A stretch of DNA of 64,000 nucleotides from Escherichia coli (GTDB lineage: Bacteria > Pseudomonadota > Gammaproteobacteria > Enterobacterales > Enterobacteriaceae): the NCBI RefSeq assembly GCF_965641715.1, contig NZ_OZ282453.1; one strand, 5' to 3'. Below, piece after piece: positions 1-12,974 of this stretch. The stretch's first letter is position 1. Every line of letters begins with the position of its first letter. Both the position numbers and the translations under genes were made by a program. The notes under the pieces were generated by a model. That model was given only the letters and a program-made list of their open reading frames with translations. It had not been told where the DNA came from and did not search any database.

Positions 1-2
1 CT

Positions 3-1547
<1,545 letters not shown>

Positions 1548-1554
1548 TAGGCCA

Positions 1555-1705
1555 GCACCGATGCCTGATGCGACGCTTGACGCGTCTTATCAGGCCTACG
1601 TATTTCCTGCAATTTATTGAATTTGCACAAATTTGTAGGCTGGATAAGGCGTTCACGCCGCATCCGGCATCTGGGCTCGATTGCCTGACGCGTCTGTTAT
1701 TTCCC
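1555..1705. repeat. REP/BIME cluster (about three palindromic units) in the convergent dtpD-phr junction
   Basis: Imperfect GC-rich palindromes such as gcctgatgcgacgc...gcgtcttatcaggcctac and ggataaggcgttcacgccgcatccggca, typical of E. coli REP elements. Confidence 0.7.
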
Positions 1706-3115
1706 CTTCCGCGCCGCCTCATACGCTGCCAACGTTTGTACTCTCGCCTCTTTGTGCTCGACTATCGGTTGCGGATAATCCAGCTTCACACCTGCTTTCT
1801 GCGCCCACTTCCACGGCTCATGCACCGATTTCCCCGGTACATTGCGTAGTTCCGGTAGCCACTGGCGGATAAACTCGCCTTCGCGGTCAAATTTCTCGCC
1901 CTGGGTTGTCGGGTTGAAAATACGAAAATACGGCGCTGCATCAGTACCCGTAGAAGCCGCCCACTGCCAGCCACCGTTATTAGCTGCCAAATCACCATCA
2001 ATCAGCTGCGACATGAAATATCGCTCGCCTTCGCGCCAGTCGATCAATAAATCTTTCACCAGAAAACTGGCTGTAATCATCCGTAGCCGGTTATGCATCC
2101 AGCCAGTGCTATTAAGCTGACGCATGGCAGCATCGACAATCGGGTATCCCGTTTTGCCTTCCTGCCAGGCCTGTAAATGTGCGGGATTGCTCTGCCACTG
2201 CACACGATCCGTCCAGGCAATAAACGGACAATGTTTACACAACGAGGGGTGATACGTTATCAGGTGACGGTAAAACTCGCGCCAGATCAGCTCACTAAGC
2301 CAGACACTACCGGCCCCACCGTCCAGCGCCTGCGGCTGTTCCGCCAACAAGCGATGCAAACACTGGCGAGGCGATAACCCGCCCGTTGCCAGGCTGGCGG
2401 ACAAACGACTGGTGCCTTCCACTGCCGGAAAATCTCGTTGTTGCTCATATTCTCCGGCACCGTTCTGGCAAAACTGGCGTAATTGCGCAATCGCCGCTTT
2501 TTCTTCCACCGGGAAATGCGCAGTATCGAAAGACTGACGAGGATAATTCAGCGTAATGGATGGCGCGGGCTTTATCGATCCGCTACTACGAACTTTTGGT
2601 GCAGCGACGCACTCCGGCATCCCTTCCCGCAGCCGTTTCAGCCAGGCATTCTTAAAAGGCGTAAAGACTTTGTACATCTCATGATTGCCGGTCATCACCG
2701 CGCCAGGCGGCAGGATCACGCTGTCATCAAATCCTTCACACACCACGTTACGCAGCGTTCTCTCAACCTGCACATCCCGCGCCCGCTCATTCACCTCATA
2801 CTGATAGTTATAAAAAAGATGAGTAACGCTGTTTTCCGCGCACACCTGTTTAACTATTTCGACGCTGGCGGCAAAGTCATCCACTTCACGGAACAATAAA
2901 GGAATGCCTTTTTCCGCCAGCGCGATTTGTAGCCCGTTCAGTTGAGCATTGATAAGTTCAGCCTGACGCGGCGACATATTATGCGCCGCCCACTGGCGTG
3001 GTGTAGCGATATACAACGCCAGCACGCGTGCAGACGAATTGCGGCAGGCGGCAGCCAGCGCGAGATTATCATGCAGACGTAAATCCTGGCGAAACCAGAC
3101 CAGATGGGTAGTCAT
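1697..3115 (-). CDS. phr: deoxyribodipyrimidine photolyase (472 aa)
   Basis: ORF begins MTTHLVWFRQDLRLHDN and contains the FAD-binding C-terminal photolyase motifs; its start overlaps the ybgA stop by 4 nt. Confidence 0.95.
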   Translation of the reverse strand: MTTHLVWFRQDLRLHDNLALAAACRNSSARVLALYIATPRQWAAHNMSPRQAELINAQLNGLQIALAEKGIPLLFREVDDFAASVEIVKQVCAENSVTHLFYNYQYEVNERARDVQVERTLRNVVCEGFDDSVILPPGAVMTGNHEMYKVFTPFKNAWLKRLREGMPECVAAPKVRSSGSIKPAPSITLNYPRQSFDTAHFPVEEKAAIAQLRQFCQNGAGEYEQQRDFPAVEGTSRLSASLATGGLSPRQCLHRLLAEQPQALDGGAGSVWLSELIWREFYRHLITYHPSLCKHCPFIAWTDRVQWQSNPAHLQAWQEGKTGYPIVDAAMRQLNSTGWMHNRLRMITASFLVKDLLIDWREGERYFMSQLIDGDLAANNGGWQWAASTGTDAAPYFRIFNPTTQGEKFDREGEFIRQWLPELRNVPGKSVHEPWKWAQKAGVKLDYPQPIVEHKEARVQTLAAYEAARKGK

Positions 3116-3621
3116 AAAACTCCTGAATGGCGCAAGTTAATCACACGCGGCCAAAGTTCGAAATAACGCTGCCCTGAAAGCCAGGCGTCAGGATAAAGCG
3201 CCATATAGTGTTTGATACGCATCAGCGGCGCAAGAAGCGGTTGCTCGCCACGGCGATAACTGTCGATAAGCGCCGCCAGCTGCTGGCGTTCTGTGGCATC
3301 AATATGCGGGCGAAAATACCCCTGAACGTGCATCAAAACGTTGGTGTGATCGCGCGGGTTGGCGGGATGAGAAAGCAAAACAATTACGCGTTGGCGGTAC
3401 TGGCTGTAAAAATCATCCAGATTTTGCCACTGGTGAATATCAGCCACGAACGGGCCAAGTTTGCGGTATTCCGGCTGGGAATGAGCCAGAAAGACGAGTT
3501 TATAGCGGCTGTGATAATCGAGAAGCGCCCCGCGCGTTAAGCCATGTTCTTTCAGTCGATGTAACTCATGAAGGGCGAAGATACGGATTAGGGTGCTGTC
3601 ATCAAATCGTTGCTGATTCAT
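3112..3621 (-). CDS. ybgA: DUF1722 protein, cotranscribed with phr (169 aa from internal Met; track ORF extends to 3711)
   Basis: Start chosen at MNQQRFDDSTL to match the recognised YbgA length; 4-nt overlap with the phr start. Confidence 0.8.
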   Translation of the reverse strand: MNQQRFDDSTLIRIFALHELHRLKEHGLTRGALLDYHSRYKLVFLAHSQPEYRKLGPFVADIHQWQNLDDFYSQYRQRVIVLLSHPANPRDHTNVLMHVQGYFRPHIDATERQQLAALIDSYRRGEQPLLAPLMRIKHYMALYPDAWLSGQRYFELWPRVINLRHSGVL

Positions 3622-3721
3622 TACTGCTCCTGAACGGTTTACAGGAGTAAGTGTAGACGGCGAAAAGAAAAAACCGCCAGCGTTTCCACTAGCGGTTTTC
3701 AATGTATTCAAAACTCAGCAA

Positions 3722-3928
3722 TCAGTAAAAATCACCGGTTGCCTTTTCGGCCTGATCCATCCAAACCGGTTTATCGCTGGTTTTCGACCAGACGCGATGC
3801 AGGTAGCTGTAAAAGCGGGCGCGGTCTTTCCAGAAAAGCATGAAAGGCAGCGCCAGAACGCCCGCTGCAACCGCATAAGTACGGCGTAAAAAGATAAGCC
3901 ATGCAGGATATTCTCTGTAGAGTTCCAT
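3722..3928 (-). CDS. ybfA: small DUF2517 membrane-associated protein (68 aa)
   Basis: 68-aa [19 protein letters not shown]... recognised as YbfA, divergent from kdpF. Confidence 0.8.
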
Positions 3929-4134
3929 ACTTTTCTCCCCCTTTTGTATCTACCCGGTGAATGGCACCGGAAAATGAATTTGTTTATCTGATGAAAATAG
4001 TACCGCCTTTTGTGTAATTTCACTACTCATCCGACCACTTATTTTTGCTTATTGATGGTTTATTTACATTCACCCTGTAATTAAGTTACACAAAAGTTAA
4101 ATTAATACTAAACATTAGTTAAATCATGGCTTTT

Positions 4135-4168
4135 GCCATTTTTATACTTTTTTTACACCCCGTCCGCA
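4135..4168 (+). promoter_or_regulatory. kdpFABC promoter-proximal KdpE operator (T-rich site)
   Basis: Sequence ttttatacttttttacaccccgtccg about 70 bp upstream of the kdpF start resembles the known KdpE-binding site; lies in an AT-rich divergent intergenic region. Confidence 0.5.
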
Positions 4169-4239
4169 GATTTTTGCGAAATCTTTGCAGCCAGAATTCT
4201 ACCCTTCCGGTATCACTTTTAGGCCACTGGAGGTGCACT

Positions 4240-4329
4240 GTGAGTGCAGGCGTGATAGCCGGCGTGTTGCTGGTGTTTTTATTACTGGGTTATCTGGTTT
4301 ATGCCCTGATCAATGCGGAGGCATTCTGA
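4240..4329 (+). CDS. kdpF: K+-transporting ATPase small subunit KdpF (29 aa, GTG start)
   Basis: In-frame GTG gives [29 protein letters not shown]; stop overlaps the kdpA ATG by 1 nt. Confidence 0.8.
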   Translation: MSAGVIAGVLLVFLLLGYLVYALINAEAF

Positions 4330-6002
4330 TGGCTGCGCAAGGGTTCTTACTGATTGCCACGTTTTTACTGGTATTAATGGTGCTGGCGCGTCCTTTAGGC
4401 AGCGGGCTGGCGCGGCTGATTAATGACATTCCTCTTCCAGGTACAGCGGGCGTTGAACGTATACTCTTTCGTTTACTTGGCGTCTCTGACCATGAGATGA
4501 ACTGGAAGCAATATCTTTGTGCCATTCTCGGCCTGAACATGCTGGGGCTGGCGGTGCTGTTTTTTATGTTGCTCGGTCAGCACTATCTGCCGCTTAATCC
4601 ACAGCAGTTGCCGGGGCTGTCGTGGGATCTGGCGCTCAATACCGCCGTCAGCTTTGTCACGAATACCAACTGGCAATCTTATAGCGGTGAAACCACGTTG
4701 AGCTATTTCAGCCAGATGGCGGGCTTAACGGTGCAAAACTTTCTTTCTGCCGCCAGCGGGATTGCGGTGATTTTTGCCCTCATTCGTGCATTTACCCGCC
4801 AGAGCATGAGCACACTCGGGAATGCCTGGGTCGATCTGCTACGCATCACGTTATGGGTGCTCGTCCCTGTGGCGTTGGTGATCGCACTGTTTTTTATTCA
4901 ACAAGGTGCGCTGCAAAACTTTCTGCCCTATCAGGCAGTGAATACCGTTGAAGGAGCGCAACAGCTGTTACCAATGGGTCCGGTGGCTTCTCAGGAAGCG
5001 ATCAAGATGCTCGGTACTAACGGCGGTGGCTTCTTTAATGCCAACTCGTCGCATCCGTTTGAAAACCCAACCGCACTGACCAACTTCGTGCAGATGCTGG
5101 CGATCTTCTTGATCCCAACAGCGCTGTGCTTTGCCTTTGGTGAAGTGACGGGCGATCGCCGCCAGGGGCGCATGTTGCTGTGGGCGATGTCAGTGATTTT
5201 TGTCATCTGCGTAGGCGTGGTGATGTGGGCAGAAGTTCAGGGTAATCCTCATCTGCTGGCGCTCGGCGCAGACAGCAGCATCAATATGGAAGGTAAAGAG
5301 AGCCGTTTCGGCGTGCTGGTCAGTAGCCTGTTTGCGGTCGTGACTACGGCGGCGTCCTGTGGCGCGGTGATTGCGATGCATGATTCGTTTACCGCTCTCG
5401 GTGGCATGGTGCCGATGTGGCTGATGCAAATTGGTGAAGTGGTATTCGGCGGTGTCGGTTCTGGTCTTTACGGCATGATGCTGTTTGTCCTGCTGGCGGT
5501 GTTTATTGCCGGGCTGATGATTGGTCGTACACCGGAATATCTGGGTAAAAAAATCGACGTACGTGAGATGAAACTGACTGCACTGGCGATTCTGGTCACC
5601 CCGACGCTGGTGCTGATGGGCGCGGCGCTGGCAATGATGACCGACGCCGGACGTAGCGCCATGCTCAACCCTGGCCCGCATGGTTTTAGCGAAGTGCTGT
5701 ACGCCGTGTCATCCGCCGCTAACAACAACGGCAGCGCCTTTGCCGGATTAAGCGCCAACTCTCCGTTCTGGAACTGTTTACTGGCGTTCTGCATGTTTGT
5801 CGGTCGCTTCGGAGTGATTATCCCGGTGATGGCAATTGCCGGTTCGCTGGTAAGTAAAAAGAGCCAACCCGCCAGCTCCGGCACGCTGCCAACGCACGGC
5901 CCGCTGTTTGTTGGCCTGTTAATCGGCACCGTGTTGCTGGTTGGCGCACTGACCTTTATCCCTGCCCTGGCGCTTGGTCCGGTGGCGGAATATCTCTCCT
6001 GA
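4329..6002 (+). CDS. kdpA: K+-transporting ATPase subunit A (557 aa)
   Basis: Internal Met [16 protein letters not shown] matches the KdpA N-terminus; the track ORF carries a 48-codon upstream extension. Confidence 0.95.
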   Translation: MAAQGFLLIATFLLVLMVLARPLGSGLARLINDIPLPGTAGVERILFRLLGVSDHEMNWKQYLCAILGLNMLGLAVLFFMLLGQHYLPLNPQQLPGLSWDLALNTAVSFVTNTNWQSYSGETTLSYFSQMAGLTVQNFLSAASGIAVIFALIRAFTRQSMSTLGNAWVDLLRITLWVLVPVALVIALFFIQQGALQNFLPYQAVNTVEGAQQLLPMGPVASQEAIKMLGTNGGGFFNANSSHPFENPTALTNFVQMLAIFLIPTALCFAFGEVTGDRRQGRMLLWAMSVIFVICVGVVMWAEVQGNPHLLALGADSSINMEGKESRFGVLVSSLFAVVTTAASCGAVIAMHDSFTALGGMVPMWLMQIGEVVFGGVGSGLYGMMLFVLLAVFIAGLMIGRTPEYLGKKIDVREMKLTALAILVTPTLVLMGAALAMMTDAGRSAMLNPGPHGFSEVLYAVSSAANNNGSAFAGLSANSPFWNCLLAFCMFVGRFGVIIPVMAIAGSLVSKKSQPASSGTLPTHGPLFVGLLIGTVLLVGALTFIPALALGPVAEYLS

Positions 6003-6024
6003 TGATATTGAGTGAGCACTGAAT

Positions 6025-8073
6025 ATGAGTCGTAAACAACTGGCGCTATTCGAACCAACACTTGTCGTTCAGGCGCTGAAAGAAGCGGTGAAAAAATTAA
6101 ACCCGCAGGCGCAATGGCGCAATCCGGTGATGTTTATCGTCTGGATCGGCAGTCTGCTGACCACCTGTATTAGCATCGCGATGGCAAGCGGCGCGATGCC
6201 TGGCAATGCGCTGTTTAGCGTGGCCATTAGCGGCTGGCTGTGGGTCACCGTACTGTTCGCTAATTTCGCCGAGGCGCTGGCAGAAGGCCGCAGTAAAGCG
6301 CAGGCCAACAGCCTGAAAGGGGTGAAAAAAACTGCTTTTGCTCGCAAGCTGCGCGAACCGAAATATGGCGCTGTGGCAGACAAAGTTCCTGCCGATCAAC
6401 TGCGTAAAGGTGACATCGTGCTGGTAGAAGCTGGCGATATTATCCCCTGCGATGGTGAAGTCATTGAAGGCGGCGCATCGGTCGATGAAAGCGCCATCAC
6501 CGGGGAATCGGCACCGGTGATCCGTGAATCCGGTGGCGATTTTGCCTCCGTCACTGGCGGCACGCGTATTCTTTCTGACTGGCTGGTGATTGAGTGTAGC
6601 GTTAACCCCGGCGAGACATTTCTGGATCGGATGATCGCGATGGTGGAAGGCGCACAGCGACGTAAAACGCCGAACGAGATTGCCCTGACCATCCTGCTGA
6701 TTGCCCTGACTATCGTCTTTTTACTGGCAACCGCCACGCTGTGGCCGTTTTCCGCGTGGGGCGGTAATGCAGTCAGTGTAACGGTACTGGTGGCGCTGCT
6801 GGTCTGTCTGATCCCAACCACTATTGGCGGCCTGTTGTCAGCGATCGGCGTCGCCGGGATGAGTCGGATGCTGGGCGCGAATGTGATTGCCACCAGCGGA
6901 CGTGCAGTTGAAGCGGCGGGTGACGTTGACGTCCTGCTGCTGGATAAAACCGGCACCATCACACTCGGTAACCGTCAGGCGTCGGAGTTTATCCCCGCGC
7001 AGGGCGTGGATGAAAAAACGCTGGCTGACGCCGCACAACTGGCTTCGCTGGCTGATGAAACGCCGGAAGGCCGCAGTATTGTGATCCTCGCCAAGCAGCG
7101 TTTTAACCTGCGCGAGCGCGATGTGCAGTCGCTCCATGCCACCTTTGTACCGTTTACTGCGCAAAGCCGGATGAGCGGGATCAACATCGACAACCGCATG
7201 ATCCGTAAAGGTTCTGTCGATGCCATTCGCCGCCATGTTGAGGCTAACGGTGGTCACTTCCCTGCCGATGTTAATCAAAAAGTCGATCAGGTTGCGCGTC
7301 AGGGGGCCACGCCGCTGGTGGTGGTGGAAGGTTCTCGTGTGCTGGGCGTTATTGCGCTGAAAGATATCGTTAAAGGCGGCATTAAAGAACGCTTCGCGCA
7401 ACTGCGCCAAATGGGCATTAAAACGGTGATGATTACCGGCGATAACCGTCTGACTGCCGCCGCCATTGCCGCGGAAGCGGGTGTCGATGATTTTCTCGCC
7501 GAAGCGACACCAGAGGCCAAGCTGGCATTGATCCGTCAGTATCAGGCGGAAGGCCGTTTGGTGGCGATGACCGGCGATGGCACCAACGATGCTCCGGCGC
7601 TGGCGCAAGCAGATGTCGCGGTGGCGATGAACTCTGGTACTCAGGCGGCGAAAGAAGCGGGCAATATGGTGGATCTCGACTCTAACCCGACCAAGTTGAT
7701 CGAGGTGGTGCATATTGGCAAACAGATGCTGATGACCCGTGGCTCGCTGACCACCTTCAGCATTGCCAACGATGTGGCGAAATACTTCGCCATTATTCCG
7801 GCGGCGTTCGCGGCAACGTATCCGCAGTTAAATGCGCTGAACATCATGCGCCTGCATTCGCCCGACTCCGCCATTCTCAGTGCGGTGATTTTCAACGCCT
7901 TGATTATCGTCTTTTTGATTCCCCTGGCGTTAAAAGGCGTGAGTTATAAACCGCTTACCGCTTCTGCCATGTTGCGCCGTAACTTATGGATTTACGGTCT
8001 GGGTGGGCTGCTGGTGCCGTTTATTGGTATCAAAGTCATTGATTTACTGCTGACCGTTTGCGGTCTGGTGTGA
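6025..8073 (+). CDS. kdpB: K+-transporting P-type ATPase catalytic subunit B (682 aa)
   Basis: P-type ATPase motifs DKTGTIT and TGDGTNDAP present in the ORF. Confidence 0.96.
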   Translation: MSRKQLALFEPTLVVQALKEAVKKLNPQAQWRNPVMFIVWIGSLLTTCISIAMASGAMPGNALFSVAISGWLWVTVLFANFAEALAEGRSKAQANSLKGVKKTAFARKLREPKYGAVADKVPADQLRKGDIVLVEAGDIIPCDGEVIEGGASVDESAITGESAPVIRESGGDFASVTGGTRILSDWLVIECSVNPGETFLDRMIAMVEGAQRRKTPNEIALTILLIALTIVFLLATATLWPFSAWGGNAVSVTVLVALLVCLIPTTIGGLLSAIGVAGMSRMLGANVIATSGRAVEAAGDVDVLLLDKTGTITLGNRQASEFIPAQGVDEKTLADAAQLASLADETPEGRSIVILAKQRFNLRERDVQSLHATFVPFTAQSRMSGINIDNRMIRKGSVDAIRRHVEANGGHFPADVNQKVDQVARQGATPLVVVEGSRVLGVIALKDIVKGGIKERFAQLRQMGIKTVMITGDNRLTAAAIAAEAGVDDFLAEATPEAKLALIRQYQAEGRLVAMTGDGTNDAPALAQADVAVAMNSGTQAAKEAGNMVDLDSNPTKLIEVVHIGKQMLMTRGSLTTFSIANDVAKYFAIIPAAFAATYPQLNALNIMRLHSPDSAILSAVIFNALIIVFLIPLALKGVSYKPLTASAMLRRNLWIYGLGGLLVPFIGIKVIDLLLTVCGLV

Positions 8074-8081
8074 GGTTTACC

Positions 8082-8654
8082 ATGAGTGGATTACGTCCGG
8101 CATTATCGACATTTATCTTTCTGTTATTGATTACTGGCGGCGTTTACCCGCTGCTGACCACCGCGCTGGGGCAATGGTGGTTTCCCTGGCAGGCCAACGG
8201 TTCGTTGATCCGTGAAGGTGATACGGTGCGCGGTTCGGCATTAATCGGGCAGAATTTTACCGACAACGGCTATTTTCAGGGTCGCCCGTCGGCAACGGCA
8301 GAAATGCCCTATAATCCACAGGCTTCTGGCGGGAGCAATCTGGCAGTCAGTAACCCCGAGCTGGATAAACAGATAGCCGCACGCGTTGCCGCATTACGGG
8401 CCGCTAACCCGGATGCCAGCACGAGCGTTCCGGTTGAACTGGTGACGGCATCGGCAAGCGGGCTGGACAATAACATCACCCTACAAGCGGCGGCCTGGCA
8501 GATCCCACGCGTAGCGAAAGCGCGTAATCTCAGCGTTGAACAGCTCACGCAACTGATCGCAAAATACAGCCAACAACCACTGGTGAAATATATCGGCCAG
8601 CCGGTCGTCAACATTGTCGAACTCAATCTGGCGCTGGATAAACTTGATGAATAA
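8082..8654 (+). CDS. kdpC: K+-transporting ATPase subunit C (190 aa)
   Basis: Internal Met [16 protein letters not shown] matches the KdpC N-terminus. Confidence 0.9.
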   Translation: MSGLRPALSTFIFLLLITGGVYPLLTTALGQWWFPWQANGSLIREGDTVRGSALIGQNFTDNGYFQGRPSATAEMPYNPQASGGSNLAVSNPELDKQIAARVAALRAANPDASTSVPVELVTASASGLDNNITLQAAAWQIPRVAKARNLSVEQLTQLIAKYSQQPLVKYIGQPVVNIVELNLALDKLDE

Positions 8655-11331
8655 CGAACCCTTACGTCCCGACCCCGATCGTCTGCTGGAACAAACTGCC
8701 GCGCCGCATCGGGGGAAGCTGAAAGTTTTCTTCGGTGCCTGCGCAGGCGTCGGGAAGACCTGGGCGATGCTGGCAGAAGCCCAGCGACTGCGGGCGCAAG
8801 GGCTGGATATTGTGGTTGGCGTGGTAGAAACCCACGGGCGGAAAGATACCGCCGCCATGCTGGAAGGGCTGGCTGTTCTGCCGCCAAAACGCCTGGCGTA
8901 CCGTGGGCGGCACATCAGCGAGTTTGATCTCGATGCCGCCCTCGCCCGCCGTCCGGCGCTGATCTTAATGGACGAACTGGCGCACAGTAATGCGCCAGGT
9001 TCTCGTCATCCTAAACGCTGGCAGGATATCGAAGAACTGCTGGAAGCTGGCATTGATGTTTTCACAACCGTCAACGTTCAGCATCTGGAAAGTCTGAATG
9101 ATGTGGTCAGCGGCGTCACCGGAATTCAGGTACGGGAAACCGTGCCCGATCCTTTTTTCGATGCCGCCGACGACGTGGTGCTGGTGGACTTGCCCCCGGA
9201 CGATCTGCGCCAGCGGCTGAAAGAAGGCAAAGTCTATATTGCCGGGCAGGCGGAGCGCGCCATTGAACATTTTTTCCGCAAAGGCAATCTGATCGCCCTG
9301 CGCGAACTGGCACTGCGCCGTACTGCCGATCGCGTTGATGAGCAAATGCGCGCCTGGCGGGGGCATCCTGGCGAAGAGAAAGTGTGGCACACGCGCGACG
9401 CGATCCTTTTATGCATCGGCCATAACACCGGCAGCGAAAAACTGGTCCGCGCGGCGGCGCGGCTGGCGTCACGGCTGGGGAGCGTCTGGCACGCGGTGTA
9501 TGTTGAAACCCCTGCCCTGCATCGCTTACCGGAGAAAAAACGTCGGGCAATTCTCAGCGCCTTACGTCTGGCGCAGGAGCTGGGCGCGGAGACGGCAACA
9601 CTTTCTGATCCAGCGGAAGAGAAAGCGGTAGTGCGTTATGCCCGTGAACATAATCTCGGCAAGATTATTCTCGGTCGCCCAGCCTCGCGCCGCTGGTGGC
9701 GTCGGGAAACGTTTGCTGACCGACTGGCGCGCATCGCCCCCGATCTCGATCAGGTGCTGGTCGCGCTTGATGAACCACCCGCCCGCACGATTAACAACGC
9801 GCCGGATAGCCGCTCTTTTAAAGACAAGTGGCGGGTACAGATTCAGGGATGCGTGGTTGCCGCCGCGTTATGCGCCGTTATCACCTTAATTGCCATGCAG
9901 TGGCTGATGGCGTTTGATGCCGCCAACCTGGTGATGCTGTATCTACTTGGCGTGGTGGTGGTGGCGCTATTTTATGGACGCTGGCCTTCGGTGGTTGCTA
10001 CCGTCATTAATGTGGTGAGTTTCGATCTCTTTTTTATCGCCCCACGCGGCACGCTCGCCGTCTCTGATGTGCAATATCTGCTGACCTTCGCGGTGATGTT
10101 AACCGTCGGGCTGGTGATCGGGAACCTTACTGCTGGCGTGCGTTATCAGGCGCGGGTAGCCCGTTACCGCGAACAACGCACACGGCACTTATATGAAATG
10201 TCGAAAGCTCTGGCTGTGGGCCGCAGTCCGCAGGACATCGCCGCCACCAGCGAACAATTTATTGCCTCCACGTTTCATGCCCGCAGTCAGGTGTTGTTGC
10301 CCGATGACAACGGTAAATTGCAGCCGTTAACACATCCGCAAGGAATGACGCCGTGGGACGATGCCATCGCGCAGTGGAGTTTTGATAAAGGCCTGCCTGC
10401 GGGTGCGGGCACCGACACGTTACCCGGCGTGCCGTACCAGATTTTGCCGTTAAAAAGCGGTGAGAAAACCTACGGGCTGGTGGTGGTGGAACCGGGGAAT
10501 CTGCGTCAGTTGATGATCCCGGAACAGCAGCGCCTGCTGGAGACGTTTACGCTGTTAGTCGCCAATGCGCTTGAGCGGCTGACGCTGACCGCCAGCGAAG
10601 AACAGGCGCGGATGGCAAGCGAACGTGAACAGATCCGCAACGCCCTGCTGGCGGCGCTTTCGCATGATTTACGCACTCCGCTTACGGTGCTGTTTGGTCA
10701 GGCAGAAATCTTAACGCTCGATCTGGCAAGCGAAGGATCACCCCACGCCCGCCAGGCCAGCGAGATTCGTCAGCATGTGCTGAACACTACCCGACTGGTG
10801 AATAATCTACTGGATATGGCGCGAATTCAGTCCGGCGGCTTTAATTTGAAGAAAGAGTGGTTAACGCTGGAAGAAGTAGTCGGCAGCGCGCTGCAAATGC
10901 TGGAACCGGGTTTATCGTCGCCCATCAATCTTTCTCTGCCAGAACCGCTGACCTTAATCCACGTTGACGGGCCACTCTTTGAACGGGTGCTGATTAATCT
11001 GCTGGAGAACGCGGTGAAATATGCGGGTGCGCAGGCCGAAATTGGTATCGATGCCCACGTTGAGGGCGAAAATCTACAACTGGATGTCTGGGATAACGGC
11101 CCCGGTCTTCCGCCAGGCCAGGAGCAGACGATATTTGATAAGTTTGCTCGCGGGAATAAAGAGTCGGCAGTACCGGGGGTAGGGCTTGGACTGGCAATTT
11201 GTCGGGCGATAGTGGATGTACACGGGGGCACTATTACCGCGTTCAACCGACCGGAAGGTGGTGCCTGTTTTCGTGTTACACTTCCCCAGCAAACTGCCCC
11301 TGAACTTGAAGAATTTCATGAGGATATGTGA
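8647..11331 (+). CDS. kdpD: sensor histidine kinase KdpD (894 aa)
   Basis: Starts [14 protein letters not shown]; N-terminal KdpD domain with P-loop GACAGVGKT, four TM helices and a C-terminal HisKA/HATPase region; 8-nt overlap with kdpC. Confidence 0.93.
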   Translation: MNNEPLRPDPDRLLEQTAAPHRGKLKVFFGACAGVGKTWAMLAEAQRLRAQGLDIVVGVVETHGRKDTAAMLEGLAVLPPKRLAYRGRHISEFDLDAALARRPALILMDELAHSNAPGSRHPKRWQDIEELLEAGIDVFTTVNVQHLESLNDVVSGVTGIQVRETVPDPFFDAADDVVLVDLPPDDLRQRLKEGKVYIAGQAERAIEHFFRKGNLIALRELALRRTADRVDEQMRAWRGHPGEEKVWHTRDAILLCIGHNTGSEKLVRAAARLASRLGSVWHAVYVETPALHRLPEKKRRAILSALRLAQELGAETATLSDPAEEKAVVRYAREHNLGKIILGRPASRRWWRRETFADRLARIAPDLDQVLVALDEPPARTINNAPDSRSFKDKWRVQIQGCVVAAALCAVITLIAMQWLMAFDAANLVMLYLLGVVVVALFYGRWPSVVATVINVVSFDLFFIAPRGTLAVSDVQYLLTFAVMLTVGLVIGNLTAGVRYQARVARYREQRTRHLYEMSKALAVGRSPQDIAATSEQFIASTFHARSQVLLPDDNGKLQPLTHPQGMTPWDDAIAQWSFDKGLPAGAGTDTLPGVPYQILPLKSGEKTYGLVVVEPGNLRQLMIPEQQRLLETFTLLVANALERLTLTASEEQARMASEREQIRNALLAALSHDLRTPLTVLFGQAEILTLDLASEGSPHARQASEIRQHVLNTTRLVNNLLDMARIQSGGFNLKKEWLTLEEVVGSALQMLEPGLSSPINLSLPEPLTLIHVDGPLFERVLINLLENAVKYAGAQAEIGIDAHVEGENLQLDVWDNGPGLPPGQEQTIFDKFARGNKESAVPGVGLGLAICRAIVDVHGGTITAFNRPEGGACFRVTLPQQTAPELEEFHEDM

Positions 11332-12005
11332 CAAACGTTCTGATTGTTGAAGATGAACAGGCTATTCGTCGCTTTCTGCGCACGGCGCTGGAGGGCGACG
11401 GGATGCGCGTCTATGAGGCCGAAACGCTGCAACGCGGCTTGCTGGAAGCGGCTACCCGTAAGCCAGATTTGATTATTCTCGATCTCGGCCTGCCCGATGG
11501 TGATGGGATTGAGTTTATCCGCGACCTGCGCCAGTGGAGCGCGGTGCCGGTGATTGTGCTTTCCGCACGCAGCGAAGAGAGCGACAAAATCGCCGCGCTG
11601 GATGCCGGAGCGGATGATTATCTAAGTAAGCCGTTTGGCATTGGCGAATTGCAGGCCCGTCTGCGCGTCGCTTTACGCCGCCACTCCGCCACCGCCGCGC
11701 CCGATCCGCTGGTGAAATTTTCCGATGTTACCGTCGATTTAGCCGCCCGCGTGATTCACCGGGGTGAGGAAGAGGTGCATCTCACCCCGATTGAGTTTCG
11801 CCTGCTGGCAGTGCTGCTCAACAACGCCGGAAAAGTGCTCACCCAGCGCCAACTCCTTAACCAGGTGTGGGGGCCAAACGCGGTCGAACACAGTCATTAT
11901 TTGCGTATTTATATGGGGCATCTGCGACAAAAACTGGAGCAGGATCCCGCCCGCCCCCGCCATTTCATTACCGAAACCGGTATTGGGTATCGGTTTATGC
12001 TTTAG
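11328..12005 (+). CDS. kdpE: OmpR-family response regulator KdpE (225 aa)
   Basis: Receiver domain plus winged-helix output domain; 4-nt overlap with the kdpD stop. Confidence 0.95.
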   Translation: MTNVLIVEDEQAIRRFLRTALEGDGMRVYEAETLQRGLLEAATRKPDLIILDLGLPDGDGIEFIRDLRQWSAVPVIVLSARSEESDKIAALDAGADDYLSKPFGIGELQARLRVALRRHSATAAPDPLVKFSDVTVDLAARVIHRGEEEVHLTPIEFRLLAVLLNNAGKVLTQRQLLNQVWGPNAVEHSHYLRIYMGHLRQKLEQDPARPRHFITETGIGYRFML

Positions 12006-12296
12006 GGGTTGAAATGCCGGATGCGGCGTAAACGCCTTATCCAGCCTACTCATCGTCCCGTAGGCATGATAAGACGCGTCAGCGTCGCATCAGGCATGGC
12101 TCTGTGAATAACGTCGGCAAAAACTGGAAAAAGACCCCGCCCTCGCCATTTCATTACCGAAACCGGTATTGGGTATCGGTTTATGCTTTAGGGGCTGACT
12201 TGCCGGATGCGGCGTGAACGCCTTATCCAGCCTACTCATCGTCCCGTAGGCATGATAAGACGCGTCAGCGTCGCATCAGGCATTGGCACTCATGGC
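11928..12296. repeat. tandem imperfect direct repeat of about 170 bp (kdpE 3' end plus REP), two copies about 18 bp apart
   Basis: Copy A (about 11928-12099) spans the last about 78 bp of kdpE plus a REP; copy B (about 12118-12296) repeats it at roughly 90% identity with a 1-nt indel that shifts the frame of the kdpE-like part. Confidence 0.7.
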
Positions 12297-12304
12297 TAAA
12301 TATT

Positions 12305-12799
12305 TTAATGTGTATTTATCGCTTTCAACTCTTGCTGGCATTTTTCTGACTGGCAGCGTCGCAACTCAATAATCCCGACATGCATCATCGAGCCAATAAA
12401 GCCGCTTTCGCTGACATAATCCTCATTAACTATCGGTCGAGTGCCGGGCTTGCCCTGGCAAACCAGCATAAAAAATGAGGTGTAGCACTGCCAGCCGGGA
12501 TTTAAACCGGCTTTTTCTTGTGCTGACATATCGTGAAGATAAATAAGTTCTTTTTCGTTCCCGCCTGACAACTGCCAGCGGCGGGTATTATCAGGTAAGT
12601 TATCGCTACAACAATTTGTCTTACACCGGGAAGGCGCAATATTTACCGCAATGCTACCCTTTAACCCTCTGGTTTTATCTTTAGGGGTCAGTAACCAGTC
12701 GCCAGCTAATGATGATTGTTCAGGTTGGGCACATGCAGTCAGCAGTAGTGTGGCGGCAATGAATGTTACTCTTACGACCAGACTCCTTTTGGTCTTCAT
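12305..12799 (-). CDS. ybfP: lipoprotein YbfP (164 aa)
   Basis: Signal peptide with lipobox LLTAC; sequence recognised as YbfP. Confidence 0.85.
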   Translation of the reverse strand: MKTKRSLVVRVTFIAATLLLTACAQPEQSSLAGDWLLTPKDKTRGLKGSIAVNIAPSRCKTNCCSDNLPDNTRRWQLSGGNEKELIYLHDMSAQEKAGLNPGWQCYTSFFMLVCQGKPGTRPIVNEDYVSESGFIGSMMHVGIIELRRCQSEKCQQELKAINTH

Positions 12800-12850
12800 T
12801 TTGAATTCCCTTGAGCTATTCAGTTTGTTGGCAAAGTGCGCGTTGTTTTT

Positions 12851-12885
<35 letters not shown>

Positions 12886-12931
12886 AAATGATGCAAATTC
12901 AATATATTGCACCATCAGGCAGTCATACGTA

Positions 12932-12966
12932 AAAAAGGGCGATCTTGCGACCGCCCTTTTTTTATT
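12932..12966 (-). terminator. putative bidirectional intrinsic terminator downstream of pgm
   Basis: aaaaaagggcgatcttgcgaccgcccttttttt: GC stem flanked by an A-run and a T-run. Confidence 0.5.
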
Positions 12967-12974
12967 AAATGTGT

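Noticed and set aside
1555-1705. Possible CRISPR array suggested by repeated GC-rich palindromes here and at 12000-12300, 20220-20410, 40741-40835
   Set aside because: Units are imperfect REP palindromes of about 35 bp with variable spacing and orientation, not regularly spaced identical direct repeats with unique spacers; no cas genes in the window.
6838-7713. 291-aa minus-strand ORF inside kdpB (and 6396-6962, 5468-6061 inside kdpA/kdpB)
   Set aside because: Antisense to well-supported P-type ATPase genes; composition dominated by Arg/His/Ala; no recognisable domain.
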